DNA of 64,000 nucleotides, from assembly GCA_012295275.1 (NCBI GenBank), contig CM022667.1:2170001-2234000 (forward strand). The letters are read 5' to 3'. This DNA is from Chrysomallon squamiferum. Its lineage: Eukaryota; Animalia; Mollusca. The notes under the pieces are model-generated. The model ran no database searches and was not told the DNA's origin. It worked only from the letters and a program-made list of their open reading frames with translations. A program made the position numbers and the translations under genes. Positions 1 to 36,259 of this stretch are shown piece after piece. Within the stretch, counting starts at the first letter, position 1. Each line of letters opens with the position of its first letter.

Positions 1-30
1 TCTGTTGCATCGATTACCACGTCTGATACA
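1..30 (-). CDS. Knottin precursor coding exon 3 (truncated by window edge): start of probable ICK domain 2
   Basis: Acceptor TTTTTTTAG|TGT; CIRRGNRCNR has the same C-x3-G-x2-C loop 1 as domain 1. Only 10 codons are visible. Confidence 0.8.
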
Positions 31-772
31 CTAAAAAAATATATAAAAACAGTATAAGTATGAATGTTTATCTGTATATCTATCCATATATCCACCTACG
101 TATACATATTTTTATATATAGATATATATATATGACAAACATATATTACACACAGACAGACACACACACACACACATATATATGTAGATATAAATGCATG
201 AACGTAGGTAGATAAGGATGTAAGTATTTACAGATTTAGAGACATTAACGGTAAACTGGTAAATAGATTCACACATTAGATAAATATATAGAGACATATA
301 GACAGATAGATATATTGATATATATAGACAGACGGACAAAGAGAGAGATAAATAGGTAGGTAGATAGATTTATTTATTTATTTATTTATTTATTTGTTTG
401 TTTGTTTGTTTGTTTGTTTATTGATCTGAAAATTGCGAACGTTACTAAAATATTTAAATAATGTTTTCTATAACATACTAACAAAACGTTTTGTTTGTAA
501 AACTTAAGATTTTTAAAAATATAAACTTACACCTAAACCGCCGTTGTTTCCGTAACTACATCTGTTCTGTTGACATCTCAGAGTACCACAGCAACGACGT
601 TGTCCTAAAGTTTGACACCACTGTCCTTGACGTACACACTGTAATTTTAATAGGTTAGAAATGTTAATGAGTTCAATTTTATTTTCTTACTTATTTACTT
701 TCTTTCGTGCTGACTTAGTTACTTACTTTCTTTCTTACTTGTTTATATACTAACTTACTTGTTTTCTTATAT

Positions 773-868
<96 letters not shown>

Positions 869-1181
869 TCAAATAGGTAGTTAGGTAGCTAACTAGACAG
901 ATAATAACAGAGATACAGATATACAAAAAGACTCTCTCTCTCTCTTTCTCTCTTTTTTTCTGCCCTCTCAGATACTCTACATGTTTAAACTGACAATATG
1001 AGTAGATAATGAATGACTGAAAAGAAATACTTTTCAAGTAAAGAAAAATAAGTGGCATCGCTGAAACTTTATCCTAAACAAACATCTGTGCATTAGAGAA
1101 ATCTCTTACATTGTAATTGTTGCTAAAAGCAAAAGCTGAAACTGCCATCGATACGAGAAGCCATAGTATCATGTACTGCAT
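1..1181 (-). CDS. Secreted multi-domain inhibitor-cystine-knot (knottin/conotoxin-like) peptide precursor, spliced, 3'-partial: join(1181..1110, 638..531, 30..<1)
   Basis: Manual splicing gives MQYMILWLLVSMAVSAFAFSNNYN | CVRQGQWCQTLGQRRCCGTLRCQQNRCSYGNNGGLG | CIRRGNRCNR...: hydrophobic signal peptide, C-x6-C-x7-CC-x4-C-x4-C, and the start of a second C-x6-C. All junctions are canonical GT/AG and phase 0. Confidence 0.88.
531..638 (-). CDS. Knottin precursor coding exon 2: ICK domain 1 + Gly/Asn linker
   Basis: Acceptor ATTACAG|TGT, donor GGT|GTAAGT; 108 nt = 36 aa, CVRQGQWCQTLGQRRCCGTLRCQQNRCSYGNNGGLG. Confidence 0.9.
777..864. repeat. (AG)n microsatellite in knottin intron
   Basis: Uninterrupted AG run. 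Confidence 0.95.
1110..1181 (-). CDS. Knottin precursor coding exon 1: signal peptide (MQYMILWLLVSMAVSAFA) + FSNNYN
   Basis: Acceptor (T)n-CAG with the exon beginning at 1187; ACAATG context at 1181; donor AAT|GTAAGA after 1110; 72 nt = 24 aa. Confidence 0.88.
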
Positions 1182-1616
1182 TGTGATCTGAAAAAAAAAA
1201 AAAAATTCGATGAAAAAACAGAGTGAGTGTGAGGGAGTGGATGTGTGGCTCTGTAGCTGTGTTTCTCTGAACATTTGATTATAATAGCATAATAAACAGT
1301 TTTCGTATTTCTAAAACAGATTGAGAGAATCTGATCTCTTTCAGTACTTTTTTGTTTTGTATTTGTGTGTGTGTATATATATACTAAAGGACGTTGTCAT
1401 AAATACATAAATTATTAATAATTTAATACACGTGTGTAACCAATGTTTGTTAATGTGTGTATGGCTAGTTTGTCTCAGTAGCAGGTATGCATAGATGGAT
1501 GGACGAATATCTATATGAACGTATGTATTATGTATGTAGCTATATATATGTATGTAAGTATTTATGTAAATATGTAGGTAGATAGGAAAGTAGGTAAATA
1601 GCGAACTAAAGATCAT

Positions 1617-1726
<110 letters not shown>

Positions 1727-1757
1727 AAATGTTACAGCTAAAACATTTAAAACGTAC

Positions 1758-1787
1758 CTGTTGTTCTGTTGACTGTTCTGGTTATAT
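1758..1787 (-). other. Probable short non-coding first exon (5' UTR) of the knottin gene
   Basis: Donor CAG|GTACGT at 1758/1757, about 50 nt downstream of a TATA-like box; the 5' end is approximate. Confidence 0.6.
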
Positions 1788-1808
1788 TCGTCTACTGGTG
1801 TCTTGTGG

Positions 1809-1816
1809 TTTAAATA
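1809..1816 (-). promoter_or_regulatory. TATA-like box (TATTTAAA) of the knottin gene
   Basis: TATTTAAA on - strand about 25-30 nt upstream of the inferred start of the non-coding exon. Confidence 0.55.
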
Positions 1817-2111
1817 CTAAAATACTGTGGCCGTAAATGCCTCTATTTCAGATAACATCATACATATGAAGTCAAAAGTATCTCTATTGAAACATTTAAA
1901 TGACACTTCGGACAAGATAAAAAAAAGTTAATGAAAAATGTTGTATTAGTTTATTATTTATCTGTTATCTACCACGTATTAATTTAATATCTCTCTTATA
2001 AAGGACATGACCCGCATTACAGATCAAAGTTTTATACTGATCAGAATCAATATATATGGTTAAGCTGTGATCGCTAGATAATCGTATCGAAGCCATGTAC
2101 CTTCTTTTAAA

Positions 2112-2130
2112 AATAATAATAATAATAACT

Positions 2131-2172
<42 letters not shown>
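2112..2172. repeat. (AAT)n microsatellite
   Basis: AAT run with one interruption. Confidence 0.9.
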
Positions 2173-2175
<3 letters not shown>

Positions 2176-3609
2176 CAGTCTGTATACATTTGTTTGTTGT
2201 AGTTGTTGTTTGACTGATTTCAATTAATAATGAACTATAACATGAAAAACATATATTTGAAAACAAACATCTGTGCGCCGCCATTTTCTTTTTGTAATGG
2301 TAAGGTCATCGTATATATTCATAATTTTCTCTTTTATTATTAAATTAGATCTGTGTGGGAGTGTGTGTGTTTGTGTGTGTGTGTGTTTTTTATTAAATAA
2401 TTCTATATATTTTTAATTTTTTGTTTTAATTTTGTTTTGGGTTTATTTCAGTTCATTTTATTTTTCATTTTTATATTATTCATTTATTTACATAGTGAAC
2501 ATATATCAACAGAAGGTTTTACATTTATAAATTTTGTCTTGTTTTGCAGTTACGTTAATTAAATCTGCCTACGACTTTGACATCTGTATGTACAATATTA
2601 TATCGTAATTTCTTGTTGTTGTTGTTTTAAACAGTGATACTGTCTAATTTCTTTTAATGTCTTCGTCATAAATTGACAAAGAGTTTGATGAATATTTACA
2701 ACTTCATTCAAACTGATGAATATTCGTGTTTTAGGGGCAAATCCAGGTTATCCTATCATCAAAGGGGCAACAGTCGTTATGGAAGAAAAAATATATTACA
2801 TTTCAAGGCGAGTTTCAGTATAATACAAACGCGTCGGTTGGCAGGGACAAAAATGAGACAGCAAAGCTTTGGGCGAATCTTTTATCCATTTTGGATTTAT
2901 ATACAGTTTTGTTCGTCGAATAAAAATTTTTTAAAATGGCTTTAATGATGAAATAAAATACACATATCAGATTTATTAATGTACACAACAAAAACCCTTT
3001 CTTTTCTCGATTTTTACCTGTAGCCTAGAGAGCTGGAGATATTATATGTCTTTCCAGCGTACGTCACGATCGTCAGAAATAATGTTTTGAGATCAGAAGG
3101 CTGGCAGTTGTGTCGTACAGTCGAAATAAACGAAATTCAATAACAAAGATATTTTCGTTGCATGTCTGTGATACTTCTGAAGTATTTTAATCAGTGATAT
3201 ATGAACTTAGTGTAAGTAATAACAGTATGAAGTCAGTAACATTTCTAATCAATTATTTGAAGCACACGTACACCTACAGAAAGTTCAAGATGTCTGTACT
3301 GTACGTTCAGTGCAGGAAGCCCGGTTGTTTTGCTATTTTTGTCTTTGATTAAAGAGTATTATTCTGTACTTTGTATGTGTATAGTGTTATTTGGGTTGTT
3401 AATCTAGGAAGTACAACGAGTGAGTTTCCATTACAAACAGTACTCAAGGAACTCGATATGTAGATAAATTGCTGTTGGTTTGATTAAAAACAAACAAATA
3501 AATAATAATAATAATAATAATAAAAAAGCGTTTTGATTCTTGCAATTGATATAGTTATTAAGAGACAACAATATAAATAAAACGAATATTAACAATGACA
3601 TTTTATTTT

Positions 3610-3611
<2 letters not shown>

Positions 3612-3679
<68 letters not shown>
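3612..3679. repeat. (GA)n microsatellite
   Basis: Uninterrupted GA run. Confidence 0.95.
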
Positions 3680-3683
<4 letters not shown>

Positions 3684-3777
3684 GGTTTTGAAACTAGATT
3701 TTCTAAAGGTTTAGCGAAAGTGTTAGGGACATATTTGAATATCATTATATCTCAAGAAACCTTTATATATATTACGA

Positions 3778-3900
3778 TTAGGGTTATGTTTAGGATTAGG
3801 ATAGGGATAGAGCTAGGATTAAGATTAAGTTGGATCCTTGGTTATAGTTATAATTTGGTTTATATTTATGTTTAAGAGTATGGTTATAACTAGGCTAAGG
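3778..3900 (+). repeat. Degenerate TTAGGG-like hexamer tract
   Basis: TTAGGG TTATGT TTAGGA TTAGGA TAGGGA ... 6-bp periodicity. Confidence 0.65.
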
Positions 3901-4595
3901 AGTCATTCGCTGTATACTATATAGAGTCAAATTGCTGATACTCATTCTTTGGAGACTTTTTGTAACAAAACACATTTCAGTGGAAAAAATACGTGTACGT
4001 ATATAAAGAAAAATAAAATACAATCACAACAACTTCAAGTGTTGACAAAATATTTATGTACTTTGTAAGGCATTGTTCTATTTGTCGTGAGAAAGATATA
4101 CATGCATATTTTTGCAGTTATATCTTTAACAGAATCGAGCTGATAGTACGAGGATTCTGTCTATGAATCCGAAACACGTGATTTTAGCTTATTAAAACGG
4201 AATTTTATAATTCTAAATGGAACACGGTATGAATAATCCTCTTAGCGTACCTCTGAATCTGGGTAGTCTTTCGGACATTCTTCAAATAAAGTAACAATAC
4301 TTCCAAATACAATAAACGTCTTTTCATATCTTGTTTATTGGTACAAAAAGTGAACTTAAAGTTCCTTTGTTTTATTTATATTATCTGTATGTTTGCACAG
4401 TATATGTAATTTTGATATTTCTGCACAAATAATTGTTAATGTTACCGAAACATTCAGACGTTGTTTTCTAAAAACGTTCGAACTTTAACCTTTATTTTGC
4501 TGATGCTCAACGACATTGGAGGAAAAAAAATATAAGAAAAAGAAGGTTCAGAAAGGGATTTATTTTTCTAGAAACTGACACGAGGATTTTACACC

Positions 4596-28247
<23,652 letters not shown>

Positions 28248-28619
28248 GTAAGGCATGTTCTTTTAACAGATGTCCCTTTCTTACAACCAAATCATACACA
28301 GATTGATCAGGACCAGCTTGGAATGGATGTTTCTAGAAACGTACTTATTTGTTTATTATATTACCTAGCAATGGGCCACCTAGGGCATTCAGACCCCCAG
28401 TAAAATGGTTCCAAAAACATTAGTAAAGAAAGAAAAATATTAAAGTAACAGGAAGAACAGAACATCTGATCCTAACATTCATTCCATCCATTAATTTAGT
28501 TAAGTATACCTTATACTTTTCTGCAGTATCAATATTTTCATTATTTATTTGTCATTTCACAATTTTTTGTTTTCTTGTTCAGAAATAGTGAACTGTATGT
28601 GTAAGTAAATGTTAGTGAA

Positions 28620-28623
<4 letters not shown>

Positions 28624-28667
<44 letters not shown>

Positions 28668-29010
28668 TTCATACATGTATCTTTGTATTACACTGTTGTA
28701 AAAAGTCTTGTCTTAAAATATGACTTGAATGTGATTGCCAGAAAGAGAGACCCACTTCAGTGATTATGTAAAGATTATCTGTAATCTATAGCTAACTGAA
28801 ATACGATTGATAGCAACTTGCTGTGCAGAAAATGACTGAAATGACAAATCTGTCTTAAAACTGTCGATTCCCATTAGTGCCAGTTTGTAATTTTTAGCTA
28901 GCTATTTCCATGTGATATTTCACGATTACCCTGATTTGTAAATAATTACATTTAAACACATCAGTCTGTGTCAACTTGTGTCATGACCTAAGTATACTGG
29001 TGACCTAAAT

Positions 29011-29080
<70 letters not shown>
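28624..29080. repeat. Two (CA)n microsatellite tracts (28624-28664, 29012-29080)
   Basis: CA runs. Confidence 0.92.
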
Positions 29081-29082
<2 letters not shown>

Positions 29083-32000
29083 CTAATGAGATCAGCTTAT
29101 AATCTGACATTCCTATTTTATACCTGTGCAATGAATGACTAGTGATGTGTTGCTGCACCCATTTGTGACTTTTTCCAACATCCATCTAAGGCAAACCCCA
29201 TGACTCTGAACATTTTCAGTGACTTGATCTGTATCATTTCTGACTTCATCTGATCCCAGTTGTCACATGACATCTACCCTATTTTGATATGTATCTATTT
29301 TTAATATCACCTGTATCCATTTACTGATATGACTGTGTACACACTTTAACTGTGTAACTATAATTGAGCCTGTTACTCCCTGGTGTCTAATTTTCTTTAA
29401 GTTTTTATTATTTTTACATTTATTGGAAACACAATTCCACACTTACAACATTAAGACAATGTTTTTGAATATCTTGTATTACCACAAGATTAGTTGCTCA
29501 CATCCCTCTGGTTATTAACAGACATAATATCTCATTTTATTGTCTTTTTATTTTTATTATTATTGTTGGGGGTTTTAATGGGTTTTTTTGTTGTTGTTTT
29601 TGTTGTTTTTTTAAATCTTTTTACCATTTGTTTAATATACAAAACTAACATTCATTCTTCAGGAAATTATATTTCATCATATTTTTGCCATGATTTTTTA
29701 AGATATATTGCATGTGATACAAGGATTTAATATACTAGTCCATTAATGTTTCATCTTCAAGGTTTAATAATAGTAGTAAACATTAATATTTCATTAACAT
29801 TTCTTATATTTTTATTACTTTTTGTTACCAAAGGATATGGCATTATAGAGTCTTCACTGACATATTTTTTTCTCTCTCTACATTGAGTCATAAGTATTGT
29901 ATGGTATCTTTTTTGTTTTTTTAATAACTGATGTACCATGTTGTCTAGATGATATAAATCAATGGTTTCATAACATTTTGGAATTGCCATCCTTCTTTTC
30001 ATCTCAAGGACTGTCTATTCCTTTACAGACTTTCTGTATAACTATAAAGAATTTTTATATAAACTTCACTGTGAAAGTTAAAAGAGAAACTATAAATTAT
30101 TTTTATTGTATCTTATAAATGTCATTTGTGTTCTAAACTGGTCTGAACTGTATTCAGACTGATTTTCAAAAAATTAAAATATGATAACTTGCTTACTATT
30201 ACTCATTTTATTTATAACTTGTTTCTTTTTTAGAAAGTAATTAAGTTTTATTTCTTACATATAGTACGTGACTTGTTGCTCTCTCACATATACAGACACA
30301 GCACACAAATATATGCACATTCTCTCTGTTTCTGTTTTTCTTTGTAATGATAAAAAATAATTAAATTTCTAATGCAATCCACATGATCAGAAACTGAAGT
30401 AGTCAAGGAAGGAAATGAGATTTTGAGCTGTTAATTAGAGTACCAAAGAAAATAGAAAATATTCATTCACATCTTTTTTAGATGTAAGAAAAACACCATG
30501 TTTACAAAAAATCCTTTTTTTTTTTTTTTTTTACTTTATCAATAAAAGTGTTTGAATGTGTATTTGAAGATGTATGTATTTATCTGTAAAAGAAAAATTC
30601 GGAATAAAAACTAATGCAGTTTTGAAATTTTAAATATTTCCTCTCTTTGTCCATATATTTGTAGAATTAAAAGGGACTACAGTGAAAATGTTTTATTCTT
30701 GCCAATGGTCTGGACATAAATACACTTCTGTAATTATATAGTTCTCGCTGAAACGAAGACAACAAAATTGCTGTATTAAGAAGTGCAGCTGTTGCATGAT
30801 TCATTTAATAGTAAGAAGAATGGACATAACAAGAGTGATACATCACACATGTAGCTAATGAAAGTGTAACCATTAACCAGCCCATGAATTAGAGAAAAAT
30901 AAATTCATTTTAAAAAGTCATTAATTTCAACTTGTTTTCACTTAATGGAATAGACTTAAAATACAACAAGCTGTTTTCTGTTGGCAGGAGAGAGATAGTT
31001 AAAAGTATAAAAAAAAAAAGTATTGTCATTCGTGACTAATATAAATTTTGAAATAACTAAAATATAAATAATAACAGTAACATATTAATTATGATAATAA
31101 CAATGATAAAGATGATGTGATTGACAGAAGAATATTTAAAAGAAAAATCAGCACAATAATGTCGTCATTCTAAATGTAGACTGGTGTAGAAAGAAGAAGA
31201 AAAGAAAAACAGTAGTTTGCATCAGAATTGTTTTAGTTATCATCTTAATTATTTGAATGAACCTCAAATATTTATATAAACTACAGATTATTTTAAATGA
31301 TGTGCTTACTAATCTATACAAATATCCATTGTTCATACCCTTATTTTGAATTGGTTACAGCTCAAGTTAAGAAAGTAAATTGTGTTGCTATATATCAGCG
31401 AGTATCTGTTATGTCCTTAAAAATTGTACCATTTTACTTTGACCTTCTGTAATGTGGGCTTATAAAGAGAAAATGTAGAAGACATATTGATTAGTATACA
31501 TTGAATAACTTCTTGTACCTTCTGTATGTTTTTGAAAATCTTAAATTCAGTATCTAGATAATATATTTACTAAATGCATTTTCATTCTTACTAATAAATA
31601 AATATGAAAAGAGAAAACTGTTTTGATTTATTGTCTTGAGACTTTGTTGATTCCATTTATCTATTTTCCATTAAAGCAGGTGTCTATGTTTGGTTTATCA
31701 AAACAGTGATATGTGTCTTTCTGTGTGGCAAGATGAATACTTGTTTTTATTTATTTATTTATTTATTTATTTATTTTAACTAACTCTTTTTTCTATGTAA
31801 AACTCAATTTTCTTTAGTAATTTCAGTTCTGAAAAAAACTGTTACCAATATTGACAAAATGTTGGTTCCGGGTTGATTGATGTTTGCTAATCTGAAACTT
31901 TGCTTTTGTGAAGATTTTTGTTATTGAAACTAAGTTTTTATGCATTGACCTTAAGACTTAAATTTGTGTGAGAATTTTTCTTGTCTGTGAAGTGTTTGCT

Positions 32001-33181
32001 CTCCAGTTAACATTATTGAGATAATTTTAAAAGGTAATTTATAAAAATGTGTCTTGAATAAAAAGATAATATTCCAGAAGAGAAAGCATGTGCATGTACT
32101 TTATTTGTATGTAGGGGAGACATAGCATGTGATTATGTATGTGTGCAGTATGAGTTGATATGTTAGTTGCATTTATGTGATAAGTATGTGTGGGTGCCTT
32201 TGCATCGGCATATGTGTATACTGGGTAATTTTATGTACATACACATCTGTACAGGAAATATTGGTTTTTCAGTTATGTAAAAACAGAATAAAAGCTAATA
32301 ACTTTTGTTAATGTTATATGTAATGTGTAAGTCTATATTTAATGTTTTTTTAAATATATAATAGTGCATCTTAGAAATTTGAAAATAGATTGATAACATT
32401 CTTAATGTGTTTATCATGATGAAAATAGTTTTCATTTGAAAGTTAATATTCAAACTTTAAGATCGTAGACATAAACTAATTTCTGACATACTAATAGATG
32501 TCAGTTGATACTTGACATGTGATAGTGTTGCCGTTTATTAATAGTAAATATTGATGGGATCACCACAGTTTTCAAATGATCAGATATCACGATTAACTAG
32601 ATTATAATGAATATTTGTTCTGCAATAGCTTCATGCAATTTTTGATTCATGTCTTTTAGGTGTGTAAAGTATGATTTGATTATGATCCATTTCGAGCAAA
32701 ATAGTTCAAACACAGGGCTATTAATAACAAATTTGCACAAATTTGATTTCTTCATTTTTTATAAGAACAAAAACAAGAAAATAATAATAATAAAGATGTG
32801 CTGTCTTCATACAAGAATATTTTGAGAAAATAAAACATACACAGATTAGCTTGGCTTTTTCTGATCTATTTCTTACAAAATTTTTAGCGCTGTTTCTGCA
32901 AAATGGCTATGGTTGATTACCACTTATTTTGTTTTAAAATCAAAACTAATATCTGATTCTATTTCTCAGAAATTTACACTTTACCAGGTTTTCTTTATAA
33001 ATATTTGAAATGCTGTAGGTAATATAATAACTTGAAAAATCAGTATTATTTAATGTTTTTTATTTATTTATTTTGTTTTGTTTATGCTTTTACTAAGATA
33101 AAGGTGTATTTATGATATTAATTTTTTAAAGTCTGAATTATTAAGTATACATTAAACAGATATAACTGATTTTTGTAAATG

Positions 33182-33219
<38 letters not shown>

Positions 33220-33232
33220 TAGATAGATAGAT
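33182..33232. repeat. (GATA)n(GACA)n(GATA)n tetranucleotide repeat
   Basis: Direct reading. Confidence 0.9.
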
Positions 33233-36208
33233 ATTATTTAAATTCATAGTTTTCTTACAAATAACCAACAAAAAAAATATGCCTACCTCATGATAAATTT
33301 TGTCACAGTGATTTTATGTTGGCAGAATGAGGTTTCTGTGTCAATTTTAGAAACTAAATACAAGATATTAATAGTGACAAGAAATTATCTAAATGTTACA
33401 TTATCGACTGAAAAATATTTTCTTCAAAGCTATTTCCATTGCCACAATAGGATTATGATGGGCATTGAAATAAAATGAATTTCATGAATCATGTCAGCAT
33501 TTTCTTCCTGGTGTATTTTCTAGCATATTCAGTGTTTTTCTATAAGATGGTAGCAGGCTTTTGTTGCTTGAGTAAACCTGATTATTAGATTGAAAGTAAC
33601 ATTGACAGATGATGTTGCAAGCAAATTCAATGCATTGTTCACAGACACTCAAAGAATATTCATAGCCGTAGCAGTTTTCATCATCAGATTTCAGTTAAGA
33701 CTTTTGATCAGGGTGAAAACTATTTGTAATATTATTGATATTGTTATCTTTATCTTGTATATCATCATATCATTTATATTTATAATCTAGCTATCTATAT
33801 AATTGATTTTTAATTTTGTATTCTATCTTCTTTTTTTTTCTCTTTATATATATTTTTTTTATTATTATTATTTCTTATTTTTATTCTTTCCATTATTTAA
33901 AAAAAAAGAAAAATGTTTTATTTGTTACCTATCTTCGATTATCTTTTTTCTTTGTTTTGCATTCTTTTTATTTTTCTCTTCATCTGGTTCTCTTTAACCC
34001 TCAATCAATTCTTCCTTCGTTTCCTCTTCAGTTATGCGTTTGTTTATTTCTCCTTTGTTTTTATTTTATTCTTTTATTTTGTTCCTCCAATTAGTTCTTG
34101 TTAATTTTCACTGTTCAGCTACTCCATTTATTTGTCTTTCTTTCTATCTTTATTCTTCATCTTATTGTCTTCAATCTTCACACTATTCTTCTCCATTCCT
34201 TTGTTTTCATAACCACAAGTCTGAATGGTAAATACTTTTTTCTGATTTTCTTAATTTTCGTTATGAGAGCACAAATAGATAATTAGTCTAGACATGCTGA
34301 TTATGCTTTCATTAACAGCACAAATATATGTACTAGAGATGCTGATTATTCTTTCATTAGTAACTATTCACTGTATAATTACTAATTGTAATCTCAGTTA
34401 TGACGTGTGTAATATTTTGGTTGCGTTGTAATTACTTATATTAGTTATTTTTATTTCTTCCTGTTACAAATTATTTGTATAAGGCTGTGCAGTCATTGAA
34501 CTGGTCTAACACACACCAGAATGTTGTTGCCCACATTTACAAAACACATTTGTTTTGACCATTGCACATTTCCATTTTTTTTTTTTTTTTGCTTAAAGCA
34601 TCAAAAGTTCTGCTCAGTAGTTTGCAAAAATTAGACTAACTAAAGTAACAAATTAATAACTGTATTACATGTTTGTAATATAAATAATCCTTAAACACAG
34701 AGATCATTTTATTACAATTTTTATTACAATTATTATTGTTGAATTTTGTGGATGCCATTAATGAACTTAATTTAAGAGATTACTTTTTTCTTTTCTTATT
34801 CACACACACACACACAAACATTATTTCATTTTATTTCATATTTCATAAATATTGATTTGAATTCACTTTGTATTTTCTAAATTGATGTCTGAGTTCAGAT
34901 AATTGTAGAGAAGAAAAACAAACAAAATATTAATGATGTGAAAAACTAATGTTGTTGTTGTTAAATGTTAAACATAACAATGTGTAGCTGCTACCATTTG
35001 TCATTGTAAATACTACCATTAAGGAACAAAAATTTTATTAAGTTTGACTTTAAAGCCATACTATTTATAATATTATAATTAAAGCTTATTGAAGAATTGA
35101 AGAGTCAGAATTCACTAAGCATTTGCTGCAAAAAAACTTCTAAAAACATGCTATTAGATTTTTAAATGGTTTTTTTCTGATCCTTTTTTTTTCTTTTTAA
35201 ATTATTTTCTTTTGTTATTTTAGATCTTTTTACAGTTTGTTAAACAATCTACTTTCCTTAAAGGCAGAATTATTTTGTTTTTTCCACTTCAGTTAGTTTT
35301 TTATTATTACTGCAGGGAAATTGGCTTTTAGAAAGTCCTTGAATTTTGGAAGATGCAACTTTATAAAATGAGATAATTAGGAAAACAAAAATCAAAAAGA
35401 TTATATTTAGATTTAAAAATTTCATTTATTTGTACTTTAATTTCTGTGCTACAAATAATGTATAAAAGGCATGCTATTTTTATTGTTTTCTGTGTGAATC
35501 TGAAGATAAAAAGATCCTTGCTGCCTAATAATTAATAATAAATAACTCTTGGAATTGAAGCACTGGAGTTGTATTATTATTATTATTATTACAAAGCAAG
35601 TTATTGGACGTCAAATAATTAAAAAAAAAAGTATTTAATTTAATTTTTGTTTACATCTTTTTCATTCATTTAAACATATTAATAGCAGCAGCAATAATTT
35701 TTATGTTCTACTGATACAAAACAGTGTGTTTTCTTTGTTGTTTTGGGTTTTTTTTTTTTCATTTTGTTGGGGGGTGGGGAGCAGGTGATGTTTTTGTTTC
35801 ATCATATTCCAGTATATTACTGTAACTTCTTACTACCACGATTCTAAGGATTTATCTTTCTAATTATACATCTTTAATGTGTGCCATTGCTATACCATAC
35901 ACATGATATTACACATGACTGATTTAATGTTACAAACCATGGATTTACCAGAGCAAGTTTTTCTCATTTGTCAGCATATTAACAAAAATTATCTGATACC
36001 TGATAATATTGATATATAAAGATACAAATCTGCATTCATTTATTTCTTACAAACAGCAACCACTTTCCCACAGAAAACAAAACTAATCATGATATTCCAT
36101 ATTGTTGTGTCAAAGTCTCAGTTCTTTGACTTTAGCTGACAGTTTTGGCCAGTGGTTCAAAGTGTGGGTTCAGATCTATAGAGAATGGCTAAAAGTGGAC
36201 TTGAGTGC

Positions 36209-36210
<2 letters not shown>

Positions 36211-36254
<44 letters not shown>
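36211..36254. repeat. (GT)n microsatellite
   Basis: GT run. Confidence 0.93.

Positions 36255-36259
<5 letters not shown>

Noticed and set aside
1074-1274. Track ORF of 66 aa as a single-exon peptide
   Set aside because: Only the part from 1181 to 1110 is exonic; the flanks are an acceptor T-tract and a GTAAGA donor.
2060-2284. ORF starting AAAATGGCGGCG (MAAHRC...) as the first exon of another gene
   Set aside because: It runs into an AAT microsatellite (poly-Leu), has no good early donor and no recognisable homology; the motif is better explained as a YY1-type site.
33495-33695. Cys-rich - strand reading (ENCYGYEYSLSVCEQCIEFACNIICQC)
   Set aside because: In-frame stop immediately upstream, no acceptor or ATG, and no ICK spacing.
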